Notes: generated by a model from the sequence alone, not told the origin. A stretch of DNA of 64,000 bases from an uncultured Bacteroidota bacterium (GCA_903847205.1 CAINDA010000065.1:1267-65266), one strand, 5' to 3'. Counted from the first letter of the stretch, positions 1 to 8,785 are shown. Numbers and translations are program-made.

Positions 1-1959
1 TTTGTTTCAGGAAATTTTATTGGCAACAACATCATATTTGGATCTTACACACTAACAAATCCAAATGCTGGCTCATGGGAGTTTTGTCTTGTGAAATACG
101 ATGTAACAGGTAATGTACTATGGGCAAAAAGCTCTATCGGGAAGAATAGTTGGATTAACAATATTACAACGGATGCTTTCGGGAACGTCTATGCAATAGG
201 CTCTTTTGACAGTACAATTATTTTGGGAAGTTTCACCTTAAATAGTTTAGGTGGAGACTTTTTTGTTGTAAAGTATAATCCATCCGGTGATGTACTTTGG
301 GCGAAGAGTTCTGGAGGAACAGGGCATGGCTCTGGCTCAAGTGTGGCAACCGATGCTTCAGGTGGTGTTTATGTAACAGGCAATTTTAATTCTCCTTCCA
401 TTTCCTTCGGTTCTAATACAATTATCAATAATAATCCGCCAGGTTATACAGATATTTTCCTTGCCAAGTATGATGTGTCTGGCAATGCCCTTTGGGCAAA
501 AAGCATGACGGGTGCTGGTTGGGCTAATCACGTTGCAATAGACGCTTCAGGAAATGCATATTTAGTCGGAAGTTTTTCATCTTCAAATATCACTTTCGGA
601 ACAACAACCCTTACTAATTCCGGAGGCGAAGATATTTTTCTTGTCAAATATAATTCATCTGGCAACGTACTTTGGGCGAAAAACATAGGTGGAACAGGTA
701 ATGATGAAGGGTGGAGTGTGGCTTCAGACAACTTTGGTAATTTTTATATGACAGGCATTTTTGATTCTCCTCTTATTTCTATTGACTCACATACATTAAC
801 CAATGCAGGATGCTTTGATATTTTTCTTGCCAAATATGATGCGACCGGAAATATACTTTGGGTGAAAAATGCCGGAGGCACAGGTAATGATCGCACGGGT
901 AGCGGTGGTTTGAGTATTGATGTAAGTGGTAATGCATATATGTCTGGCAGTTTCGGAGACTCTTGGTGCGGGTGGGATAGCATTACTTTTGGTTCTTATG
1001 TTTTAACAGAACCTGTTGGAACTTGGGATCCAATGTTTATTGTTAAGTATGATAAAAATGGTAATGTTCTGTGTGCTTCAGCATTAAAAAGTGGAGGAAA
1101 TGATGTTGATTTTCCAAATGCTGTTACAACAGACGCTTTTGGCAATGCTTACACTGGTGGAGATTTTGGACTTGATCCATTTGTTGTTGGTACAACAACT
1201 TTAGGGCTTTCCGGGGGAGGCGAAAATATTTTTGTTGCCAAATATACTTGCTGTGGCAATGTAACAGCTCAAATTAGCGGTAAGGATACCGTTTGCTCCG
1301 GCAGTAGTGTTGAATTAAATGCTTCAGGCGGTCTTCTTTATTCATGGAATACAGGAGCAAAGGGAGCAACTATAAATGTCATTCCAACTTCTACTACAAC
1401 CTATACATTAAATGTGACAGATAATTATGGATGTATTGGCAATGCAACTTATACTATTACTTTGAAACAATCTCCCAATGCAAGCATTTCTGGAAGCATA
1501 GATATTTTACCAGAACAAAGTACAATACTTACAGCAAACGGAGAAGGAAATTATTTGTGGAGTACAGGAGAAACTACAACTTCAATTTCGGTAACCCCTG
1601 TTGTAACATCCGATTATTGTGTAACTGTAAGCGATACAAACAAATGCTATGACAATGCTTGTGTAAGAGTTACCGTAGAAAATAAATTTGGCGTCCCAAA
1701 TGCTTTTTCGCCCAATGATGATGGGCATAATGACTTGTTCATATTACAAGGCTGGAAAAACTGCGTGTCAGAATTTACAATTATAATTTATGACCGTTGG
1801 GGAGAAAAAGTATTTGAAACTAATGACCCTACTATTGCTTGGAATGGAACCTACAATAGCAAGTTATTGGATGCTGGGGTATTTGCTTATTATATAAATG
1901 CCACTGTTATCAACGGTGAAAAAATAATTAAGAAAGGGAATATATCATTAATTCGCTAA
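1..1959 (+). CDS. 5'-truncated secreted beta-propeller (SBBP-like) repeat protein with T9SS type B C-terminal domain
   Basis: Frame 1 is open from base 1, so the gene continues upstream of the window. A ~45-aa 'SGNvLWAKssGG…G' repeat recurs about nine times, resembling SBBP beta-propeller repeats. The C-terminus ('FSPNDDGHNDLF…IYDRWGEKVFE…GNISLIR') matches the gliding-motility/T9SS type B CTD. Confidence 0.65.
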   Translation, partial: FVSGNFIGNNIIFGSYTLTNPNAGSWEFCLVKYDVTGNVLWAKSSIGKNSWINNITTDAFGNVYAIGSFDSTIILGSFTLNSLGGDFFVVKYNPSGDVLWAKSSGGTGHGSGSSVATDASGGVYVTGNFNSPSISFGSNTIINNNPPGYTDIFLAKYDVSGNALWAKSMTGAGWANHVAIDASGNAYLVGSFSSSNITFGTTTLTNSGGEDIFLVKYNSSGNVLWAKNIGGTGNDEGWSVASDNFGNFYMTGIFDSPLISIDSHTLTNAGCFDIFLAKYDATGNILWVKNAGGTGNDRTGSGGLSIDVSGNAYMSGSFGDSWCGWDSITFGSYVLTEPVGTWDPMFIVKYDKNGNVLCASALKSGGNDVDFPNAVTTDAFGNAYTGGDFGLDPFVVGTTTLGLSGGGENIFVAKYTCCGNVTAQISGKDTVCSGSSVELNASGGLLYSWNTGAKGATINVIPTSTTTYTLNVTDNYGCIGNATYTITLKQSPNASISGSIDILPEQSTILTANGEGNYLWSTGETTTSISVTPVVTSDYCVTVSDTNKCYDNACVRVTVENKFGVPNAFSPNDDGHNDLFILQGWKNCVSEFTIIIYDRWGEKVFETNDPTIAWNGTYNSKLLDAGVFAYYINATVINGEKIIKKGNISLIR

Positions 1960-2085
1960 GTTGTAGAATCACCATGAATTTCTATATTATGGTATTTTTT
2001 TTATTACGACCTTTGGTTAAAGGACTTTTAGACCGGTATACTTGGACTTTTCTCGAATTTGTAATTCGGCAGAAAAGTAAACATA

Positions 2086-2166
2086 CGCCCAACATAAAAT
2101 ATGCTATACCTTAGCCGACACGCAAAAAAGCCAACGCACGGCATCGCATATTTGACCGTTAGCGGT
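2086..2166 (+). repeat. attC-like imperfect palindrome 0 (cGCCCAAC…aaatatgc…gcatattt…GTTAGcgg)
   Basis: The 'cgcccaacat-aaaatatgc' arm pairs with the reverse complement of 'gcatatttgaccgttagcgg'. Bulged bases are present. The termini resemble the RYYYAAC / GTTRRRY attC core sites. The element is nearly identical to the one at 3712-3792. Confidence 0.55.
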
Positions 2167-2191
2167 AAGTTTAAACGACAATAGTAAATTT

Positions 2192-2944
2192 ATGGCAGAC
2201 AATAAACGAAATTGGAATCCTTTAGTTTTTTTAGTAAAACTACTTGCCAAATGCTTGCCGACAAATCAAATTGCATCGACATTTTTGATTTCATTTTTTT
2301 TGGTCTTCATTTTTTTTATTGCTATTCAACTTAAAAATCCAAACAGCTTTATTTTTAATCTTGAAATTTGTGGAGGATTATATATTCTTTTGACAGCATG
2401 TATGTTTATTAGTGCATTTTGGGGGCGAAGACAACACAAGAAAGCATTAGAAGGTAAAATATTAAGACAACTAAAAGACCTTGGTTTATCTATTGAGAAC
2501 ATTGGAGATTATTGGGGCTATGCTGGAATTATAAAAAAATATTATCTAAAAATATTCTACAATTGGTCGACAAATTTATCTGGAAGTAACAACACTAAAG
2601 AAATTTGTATTATGGTATATTATTCTTCTCCTAAGACAATAGAAAACAAACTTGATGTTAAATATTTAGACAGTTTAAATACTAAATACAAAAACCCCTG
2701 GTATGCTTCAGACAACTTTATATTAAAATTTGAAAGTGCACATATAGAAATTCATACTTGCTATAATTTGTTTACGACCTTTCAAATAATAAAAAGCAGA
2801 ATAGACCGAGCATTTGAAATATTAGAAATCGAAAAACTTTTACCAATAAGTGAAATTGAGATCAACAAATTAATAGAAAAAGACGTGTATAGGTACGGAC
2901 CTTCAATTGAAACTTTCTGGAAAGCGATGGATGCAAAGATATAA
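2192..2944 (+). CDS. Hypothetical polytopic membrane protein (putative cassette 1 ORF)
   Basis: ATG at 2192 follows a palindromic attC-like site. The N-terminus has 2-3 hydrophobic helices. I recognise no domain. Confidence 0.5.
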   Translation: MADNKRNWNPLVFLVKLLAKCLPTNQIASTFLISFFLVFIFFIAIQLKNPNSFIFNLEICGGLYILLTACMFISAFWGRRQHKKALEGKILRQLKDLGLSIENIGDYWGYAGIIKKYYLKIFYNWSTNLSGSNNTKEICIMVYYSSPKTIENKLDVKYLDSLNTKYKNPWYASDNFILKFESAHIEIHTCYNLFTTFQIIKSRIDRAFEILEIEKLLPISEIEINKLIEKDVYRYGPSIETFWKAMDAKI

Positions 2945-2954
2945 GAAAAACCTA

Positions 2955-3006
2955 CCGCTAACATTATGTAAGCGTGCGAAAAGCACGCCTACATACTCGT
3001 TAGTGG
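2955..3006 (+). repeat. attC-like imperfect palindrome 1 (ccgCTAAC…GTTAGtgg), 52 bp
   Basis: 'ccgctaacattatgtaagcgtgcg' pairs with the reverse complement 'ccactaacgagtatgtaggcgtgcg' except for one mismatch and an inserted 'g'. The loop is the short sequence 'aaaa'. Confidence 0.55.
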
Positions 3007-3081
3007 CAATAAAATCAATGGACAACAAGACATATAATAAACAGACGAGTTTAAATAAATTTCACTACAACAGAAAAAACA

Positions 3082-3675
3082 ATGAAAATGATTTACGCAA
3101 TAATCGGACTTTTACTAGTCGCTGGAGTTACTTTCTATTTAACAAGTTGCAAGAGCAAATCAACAACTGACGAGCAGACAGGACAATCGAATAAAGTTGA
3201 CCCTAAGAACAATCCATATAACGGTCTCCGGAATATGGCTTTCAGTGCGACTGCGGAGCAAATTGGAGTTCAGCTTCCTGTAGACCAAACTAAAATTTAC
3301 GGAGTAATTATGGACTGGGACGTAGGAAATGGCACAGCGACACTTGTTTCATTTCTATCAGGAGACGCAAGTTTATATTTAAGTTCAGGAGGTGGTTTTA
3401 TTGGTGGGGTGGGGCATGACAATGTAAAACAAGCAGGAGAAGCATTTATAAATAAGGCGGAAAAATATTTAGGCAAAGTAACAAAAACAGAAGAGAATCC
3501 TCTTCCTGACAAAGATGGTGTGAAATTTTATTTTCTTACTAATAAAGGAAAATTTGTTGCTCAAGAGAGTATTAAAAATTTTGAAAACAATTCTTCCGAG
3601 TGGCTTGACTTATTTGAAGAAGGGAACAAATTAATAACAGAAATTAGAATTAGTTCTGAGAAAAATGAAAAGTGA
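3082..3675 (+). CDS. Hypothetical lipoprotein (putative cassette 2 ORF)
   Basis: Signal peptide with lipobox 'YLTSC'. A polar, Gly-rich mature region follows. The ORF is bounded by attC-like palindromes. Confidence 0.5.
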   Translation: MKMIYAIIGLLLVAGVTFYLTSCKSKSTTDEQTGQSNKVDPKNNPYNGLRNMAFSATAEQIGVQLPVDQTKIYGVIMDWDVGNGTATLVSFLSGDASLYLSSGGGFIGGVGHDNVKQAGEAFINKAEKYLGKVTKTEENPLPDKDGVKFYFLTNKGKFVAQESIKNFENNSSEWLDLFEEGNKLITEIRISSEKNEK

Positions 3676-3711
3676 AATTGAGCGACCCGACAATAATAAT
3701 AAGGTTTACTG

Positions 3712-3792
3712 CCACTAACATTAAATATGCAATACCTTTGCCGACACGCTCAAAAGCCAAATGCGCGGCATCGCATATTTGATCGTTAGGTG
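3712..3792 (+). repeat. attC-like imperfect palindrome 2 (ccaCTAAC…GTTAGGTg)
   Basis: The arms 'ccactaacattaaatatgc' and 'gcatatttgatcgttaggtg' pair with each other. The internal sequence 'gccgacacgc…gcgcggcatcgca' is shared with the site at 2086-2166. The 3' end 'GTTAGGT' fits the GTTRRRY core. Confidence 0.55.
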
Positions 3793-3818
3793 TCATTTGT
3801 AAGACGACAGAATAAGAC

Positions 3819-4487
3819 ATGAATTTATACGACTGTATTTCAAAAGACGATATTAGTGGGGCGACAAAGTTGCTTGAAAAAGGTGACAACCCAAATCAAT
3901 TAGACGAACATGGACAGACTCCTCTTTTTAGAATAGTTTATAATAAAACTCCAAGACAAATGGAGTTACTAAAATTGTTTATTGACTCTGGAGCTAATGT
4001 TAATTTCGAAAGACCGGACGGAACAACACCCATCTTTCATGCAAAGGGAGAAATTGCTGAACTCTTACTTGACAATGGAGCGAAAATAGAAAAAAAATCA
4101 AAGAATGGTTCGACACCACTCCATTATTCGTTAGACGTAGACACTATAAAAATCTTTTTAAAGGCTGGACTTTCTATTAATGCCAAAGACGACTCACTTT
4201 CGACTCCATTGCATACGTATGTTTACTTTGGTAGCCAATTAGTTGAATTTGCAATTACAAATGGAGCGGACGTCAATGTCAAGGACAAATACGGTCGAAC
4301 GCCTCTTGTTTGTTTAGCAATGACAGAAGGTGCTGATGAAAATGACAATAATGATATAATCAAAACAGCTCAAATATTAATTGACGCGGGAGCCGACATT
4401 AATTCAATTGACTCGGAGAAAAAAGGAGCTATTGATCATGCTATTGAAAATGACAATTCAATGCTTGCAGACTGGTTGAGATTTTAA
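3819..4487 (+). CDS. Ankyrin-repeat protein (putative cassette 3 ORF)
   Basis: Six tandem ~33-aa repeats carry the canonical 'G.TPLH.A…G…V..LL..GA' ankyrin signature, e.g. 'DEHGQTPLFRIV', 'KNGSTPLHYS', 'KYGRTPLVCLA' and 'DAGADINSID'. Confidence 0.75.
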   Translation: MNLYDCISKDDISGATKLLEKGDNPNQLDEHGQTPLFRIVYNKTPRQMELLKLFIDSGANVNFERPDGTTPIFHAKGEIAELLLDNGAKIEKKSKNGSTPLHYSLDVDTIKIFLKAGLSINAKDDSLSTPLHTYVYFGSQLVEFAITNGADVNVKDKYGRTPLVCLAMTEGADENDNNDIIKTAQILIDAGADINSIDSEKKGAIDHAIENDNSMLADWLRF

Positions 4488-4502
4488 GGAACAAACAAAC
4501 GT

Positions 4503-4635
4503 CACCTAACAGCGCACTGGCGCTATTTGGGTATTTGAGTAAAATGATAATAGGAGTTTTTAAATTACATTTGTCTTACCGACAAATTTGATTTCAAAAA
4601 TCCCAAACAGCGCCAGTGCGCAAAACGTTAGCAGC
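4503..4635 (+). repeat. attC-like imperfect palindrome 3 (cacCTAACagcgcactggcgct…agcgccagtgcgcaaaacGTTAGcagc), ~133 bp
   Basis: The ~30-bp arms are reverse complements with bulges. The left arm 'ACCTAAC' fits RYYYAAC. The arm sequence is very similar to the site at 5296-5394 and is followed by the shared tail 'CAGCAAGGCAA'. Confidence 0.55.
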
Positions 4636-4661
4636 AAGGCAATCGCAGACCGACACATGAC

Positions 4662-5282
4662 ATGAAATATAGACCGACACCATTAAATATTGTTTGTGGA
4701 CTTGCAATCGGACTTGCAATTTATTCTGCCGTAAAACCTGGACCTGAAGGTTGGGGTTTCTTAATGACAATATATCTCATTCCTGTAATTGTTATCGGAC
4801 TGTTAGCTGACTTCATTTTACAAAAATTTCTTCCCAAATATCTTCTGACATTTGTAATTGAACTTTTGCTTTTAACAGTTATTTACTTTGCATATTGTTG
4901 GACACAGCGAGCTAAAACACTTATCATACCTGATAAACTGCAAAGCCAATATGTTGTGACAATCTATGGTGTAGAAAACTCAGCAAAACTTCCAGACGGT
5001 TGGAACTACGAAATTAAAGTGCCGACTAACGGTATTCTATTGACTTCCTCAACCTTTGACAGTGACTTATCTGAGACAAAAATGAAAACTTACTCAGGAA
5101 TTAACCTTAACTCAGACGAGACAGAATTAGGTTGGGTAAGAATAACACATGACAAGTTTGACTGCAATGGTAAGACTTATGAATATCAATTTTGGATGGT
5201 GGACAGTTCTTGTTGTACGTATTCCAATCACGACATTGACAGTTTTAAAATAACTTTACAAAAACAATTCTGTGGACGATAG
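4662..5282 (+). CDS. Hypothetical membrane protein (putative cassette 4 ORF)
   Basis: Three N-terminal hydrophobic helices precede a Cys-containing soluble C-terminal region. The ORF is flanked by the nearly identical attC-like sites 3 and 4. Confidence 0.45.
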   Translation: MKYRPTPLNIVCGLAIGLAIYSAVKPGPEGWGFLMTIYLIPVIVIGLLADFILQKFLPKYLLTFVIELLLLTVIYFAYCWTQRAKTLIIPDKLQSQYVVTIYGVENSAKLPDGWNYEIKVPTNGILLTSSTFDSDLSETKMKTYSGINLNSDETELGWVRITHDKFDCNGKTYEYQFWMVDSSCCTYSNHDIDSFKITLQKQFCGR

Positions 5283-5295
5283 ATTAACATGCCCA

Positions 5296-5394
5296 GCTGC
5301 TAACAGCACATTTGCAATAGGCGGGGTTTCGTGCTCCGCATAAACATTAGTGGTAAAAATCCCGCCCATCGCAAATCTGCAAAACGTTGGCAGC
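5296..5394 (+). repeat. attC-like imperfect palindrome 4 (gctgCTAACagcacatttgc…gcaaatctgcaaaacGTTGGcagc)
   Basis: The arms are reverse complements with a 'gtttt' bulge. The 3' end and tail 'aaaacgttggcagcaaggcaa' is nearly identical to that of site 3. Confidence 0.55.
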
Positions 5395-5416
5395 AAGGCA
5401 ACTAAAAAAAAACAAA

Positions 5417-6207
5417 TAATGAGACAATTATTATTACTTATTTTTTATTCCACATCGACCATTCAACTTTCAAATGCGCAAGACAATAAATTTTTATTAT
5501 CAGGAAATACTACCGACTGTAAGACACATAAAAATATCAAAGGAGTAGAATTAAAATTATTTTGCAGTGACGGGCGCACTCTTGAGACATTTTCGGACTC
5601 CTTGGGTAGTTATTACTTCGACAGCTTTTTACTAAAAAAAAATATGAAATATGTCGTAACCACTGAGGTAACACGAGATTTAGGATATATTAATAGCTCT
5701 GGTAGATACAAATTTGGAACCTTCGACAGCGTTTCAAATAAGAATATAAAACAAGATTTCTGTTTGGTGCGAATAGAGCCCTGTACACTTGGTACTTTTA
5801 GAATATATTTTAAAAAAAATAGTGAAGAAAAATATTATGTCGACACATTGAGTATGGATTTAGAATCATATATAATGTTTATGAATGATAACCCAAGTTT
5901 CGTTATTGAAATTAACTCCAATTGTAGCTTTGACGAAAAGAATCCAGATTCGCTTTCTAAGAAACGAGCTGAATATTTAAAAAATATATTAATCAAAAAA
6001 GGAATAAATAAAGACAGAGTAGTTATTAAAGCATTGGGAATTAAACACCCTTCAGTAACCAAAGACCAAATTAATAAATTCCAAAGTTTAAAAGAAAAGG
6101 AAGAAGCAAACAGGAGCAATAGAATAGTGTTTTTCCAAATTATTAGAAAGGACTTTCCTGTTGACAACAAATCACAAAAAATTATTGATACAAACGACAC
6201 AGAATGA
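5417..6207 (+). CDS. Secreted OmpA-like C-terminal domain protein (putative cassette 5 ORF)
   Basis: The start was moved from the ORF-track position 5350, which lies inside the palindrome, to the ATG at 5417. That ATG gives a signal peptide 'MRQLLLLIFYSTSTIQLSNAQ'. The C-terminal 'LSKKRAEYLKNILIKKGINKDRVVIKALGIKHP' resembles an OmpA peptidoglycan-binding domain that lacks the GHTD motif. Confidence 0.5.
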
Positions 6208-6506
6208 AGATGGAGTGTGTTACGACCGCAGGGTTATTAAAGTTTTCAGGCAAGACCTGTGAGTAATAAGACCGGAGCGTGTTACGACCGAAGGGTTTTT
6301 AAAGTTTCTCGCTACGGCCTGCGCGTATTAAGACCGGAGCGTATTACGACCGAAGTGTTTTTAAAATTTTTCGGTAAGACCTTTGTGTATTTAGACCGGA
6401 GCGTATTTCGACCGCAGGGTTTTAAGTTTTTCGTTAAGACCTATGTGTATTAAGACCGGAGCGTGTTGCGACCGAAATGTTTTAATGTGTTTCGTTAAGA
6501 CCCCGG
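6208..6506. repeat. Five tandem copies of a ~61-bp repeat (consensus ~TAAGACCGGAGCGTGTTACGACCGAAGGGTTTTTAAAGTTTTTCGGTAAGACCTGTGTGTAT)
   Basis: Direct reading shows five head-to-tail units at roughly 80-90% identity with no unique spacers. The array starts directly after the stop codon of the last cassette ORF. Confidence 0.8.
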
Positions 6507-6658
6507 TAGGCGCGAAGTTGAGGGTAGATAAGAGGGAAGATACTTCGTGTCATTAATAAAAGGTAAGCTGTGCTTACCATACACAGCGCGTACATTTCCC
6601 GTTAAGCAGTATATCCAACTCCGCTTAATTTAACCTGCATCCAGCCGAAACACTCAAA

Positions 6659-7189
6659 TTATATTTTTACTCCTTCTTTATTTCCAGGCATCACCCCATT
6701 CCCAATCCCGCAATTCTTTAAAGCCGGAAAAAGCATCGGAGCAATTTTCCCGATAGGCTTGTATAATAATGACTGCTCTTTCATTTTAAATGAAACAACA
6801 GGATAACTTTTTTCAGCTGCATCCATCACAAAAATAATTACACTCAGTACCAAAGCAAATTTTAATGCACCAAATAATGCACCTATTATTTTATTTATAA
6901 AACCCAAAGCCATCCCTTCAACCAGGCGCTGTAAAAGCTTCCCGATAAAATATACAGTGATAATAATTAGTAAAAATACAAGAGCAAATGAAATTATGGG
7001 CAGGTAAGGGGAAGTCCAGTTGAGCCATGCGCTTAACTTACGGGCAGTTAATTCAGATAAATGAATACCGCCCCAAATGCCCAGCCCGAATGCAATTAAT
7101 GAAGCAGCCTCTAAGATAAGTCCTTTTGTAAAGCCTTTATAAAGCCCCCAAACCAGAGGGATGCAGAGAAAGATATCGATGTAATTCAT
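6659..7189 (-). CDS. cvpA: CvpA family membrane protein (colicin V production protein homolog)
   Basis: Starting at the internal Met gives 'MNYIDIFLCIPLVWGLYKGFTKGLILEAASLIAFGLGIWGG', a typical CvpA N-terminus. The protein has four TM helices. Confidence 0.7.
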   Translation of the reverse strand: MNYIDIFLCIPLVWGLYKGFTKGLILEAASLIAFGLGIWGGIHLSELTARKLSAWLNWTSPYLPIISFALVFLLIIITVYFIGKLLQRLVEGMALGFINKIIGALFGALKFALVLSVIIFVMDAAEKSYPVVSFKMKEQSLLYKPIGKIAPMLFPALKNCGIGNGVMPGNKEGVKI

Positions 7190-7424
7190 ATTCAGCTTTT
7201 GTTCTGTTTTGCTTCCTGCTATATGCAAAGAAGGAAGAGGTGTTTTATTTTAAGTGCCTTCCGGTTACTGAATCAAAAATATATTCATTAAAATTTTATT
7301 TTGAAGCAACTAAATTGCTTCAGCAGGCATCAATAAAACAAAGAAAATAAATAACAGGTTCTGAATAACACAAACAACAAAAACTTATTAAAAACAAATT
7401 GTTGCTTATTAAAAAATATACTTT

Positions 7425-8525
7425 ATGCGCAGACTTCTTTTTTTTATTTTAATTTTTAGCAGCACATACAGCCATTCGCAGGTGTTTTGCACCGCATGTT
7501 ATAACCAGGTAAAAGTTCTTAATCCAAAAGCCGATAATATGATTGTTAACGGCAGTTTCGAAACTAATAACTGTTCTGTTGATAATACCCTGTCGTCGTT
7601 TGTTCCGCTCTCTTCTTTCTATAACTGCTCCATATCAGGCTGGACAGTTAACGGAGGCGGCACTGATACCCGCGCATGTACAATAGATACTTCCTTTAAT
7701 TCCGTGCCGGATGGAAATGTAATTGTTTACCTTGGAAATTCAATATGCAAAGCCTGTTCATCAGCAGATGATGATATTTCATGCATTAAATTCACCGGCT
7801 GCGAAATGCCTGCACTGCCGCAAGGCTTCCCTGTTAATACGCCCAATTACGGCGGAACAAAGGGCGTTACGCTGGAACAGATGATGACAGGATTAGTAAA
7901 AGGAAATGCTTACTCGTTAGAATTTTGGGCCGGCGGCGAATGTTTTTTTTCTGATCCCGGCCTGTTTGCAGTAGATGTAGGCTTTGGTAATATACTGCTG
8001 GAATGTGAGCAGTCATGCCCATCATCGTATTCAACAATGAATGGCAAGCGTTATATGGTCAGCTTTGTTGCTTCGGCTGCATCACAGAATTTAAAATTTA
8101 CCAGCTGGGGGCATGTATGTTCAACATGTACTGCTGTCTGCCTCGATGATGTTCACCTATATCCCATTATGCAGTCAGATACTGCAATTGTAAAATGTTT
8201 TATTCCCTGCTCAATAAAAATAGAAAAGAGTCCGGCAAATATTTTCTCGCCTAATAACGACGGCATCAACGATGTTTTTTTTCCTTTCGTAAATCTCAAC
8301 TATCAATATGAAAATTATGATTTTAAAAATTATGATCTGCAGATATTCGACCGCTGGGGAATTAAAGTATTTGAAACTTCTGACCTTGATTCTAAAGGCT
8401 GGAACGGGATTACGTTAAAAAATAAAAAAGCCGATGAAGGAATCTTTTATTGGATAGTAAAAGGAATAAGCAATTGTTCCGATGCTGCTATTGATGAAAA
8501 AGGTTTTGTGAGTTTGGTGAGATAA
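7425..8525 (+). CDS. Cys-rich secreted protein with T9SS type B C-terminal domain
   Basis: Signal peptide 'MRRLLFFILIFSSTYSHSQ'. The mature region has many cysteines. The C-terminus ('IFSPNNDGINDVFFP…IFDRWGIKVFE…GFVSLVR') is a type B CTD. Confidence 0.6.
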   Translation: MRRLLFFILIFSSTYSHSQVFCTACYNQVKVLNPKADNMIVNGSFETNNCSVDNTLSSFVPLSSFYNCSISGWTVNGGGTDTRACTIDTSFNSVPDGNVIVYLGNSICKACSSADDDISCIKFTGCEMPALPQGFPVNTPNYGGTKGVTLEQMMTGLVKGNAYSLEFWAGGECFFSDPGLFAVDVGFGNILLECEQSCPSSYSTMNGKRYMVSFVASAASQNLKFTSWGHVCSTCTAVCLDDVHLYPIMQSDTAIVKCFIPCSIKIEKSPANIFSPNNDGINDVFFPFVNLNYQYENYDFKNYDLQIFDRWGIKVFETSDLDSKGWNGITLKNKKADEGIFYWIVKGISNCSDAAIDEKGFVSLVR

Positions 8526-8611
8526 AATTTATTTATAATTTTTTTTTAATAAATTTTATAAATCGAAAAGTATGTTTAAATTTTATTCTGTAATAGTGTA
8601 TCCCTGCCCGC

Positions 8612-8785
8612 TTTCTCGACTCCGCTCGAAATGGCATCGCACGTTGGCAGGCAAAGGGGAAAAATGTCGAAGTGGGCAGGTCACACTGAGCTTGTCGAAG
8701 TGTTTGGGAAGCCGGCGCACATATTTCGACAAGCTCAATATGACAACACGTAATTCGTTTTCTCCATTTCGAGCGGAGTCGAGAA
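8612..8785. repeat. Nested palindromic element: perfect 23-bp inverted repeat (TTTCTCGACTCCGCTCGAAATGG / CCATTTCGAGCGGAGTCGAGAAA) around a ~128-bp core with an inner 12-bp IR
   Basis: Inverted repeats are visible at 8612-8634 and 8763-8785. An inner pair GAGCTTGTCGAA (8688) / TTCGACAAGCTC (8725) is also present, as is a direct repeat of TGTCGAAGTG. The element is intergenic and no plausible ORF spans it; the 82-aa and 106-aa ORFs in the track are artefacts of the palindrome. Confidence 0.6.

Noticed and set aside
2086-5394. Interpreting the inter-ORF palindromes as ordinary Rho-independent terminators
   Set aside because: The stems are 20-30 bp with bulges. The loops are 4-90 nt. There are no trailing T-tracts. 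The termini are conserved as CTAAC/GTTAG. Real terminators elsewhere in the window (26021, 40262, 10906, 55252) look quite different.
6259-6453. 64-aa ORF inside the 61-bp tandem repeat array
   Set aside because: Its sequence is simply the translated repeat units (…RYGLRVLRPER…), it has no start context, and it sits entirely within the tandem repeats.
6208-6506. Possibility that the 61-bp repeats are a CRISPR array
   Set aside because: The units are contiguous with no unique spacers, their identity is only about 80-90%, and no cas genes are nearby.
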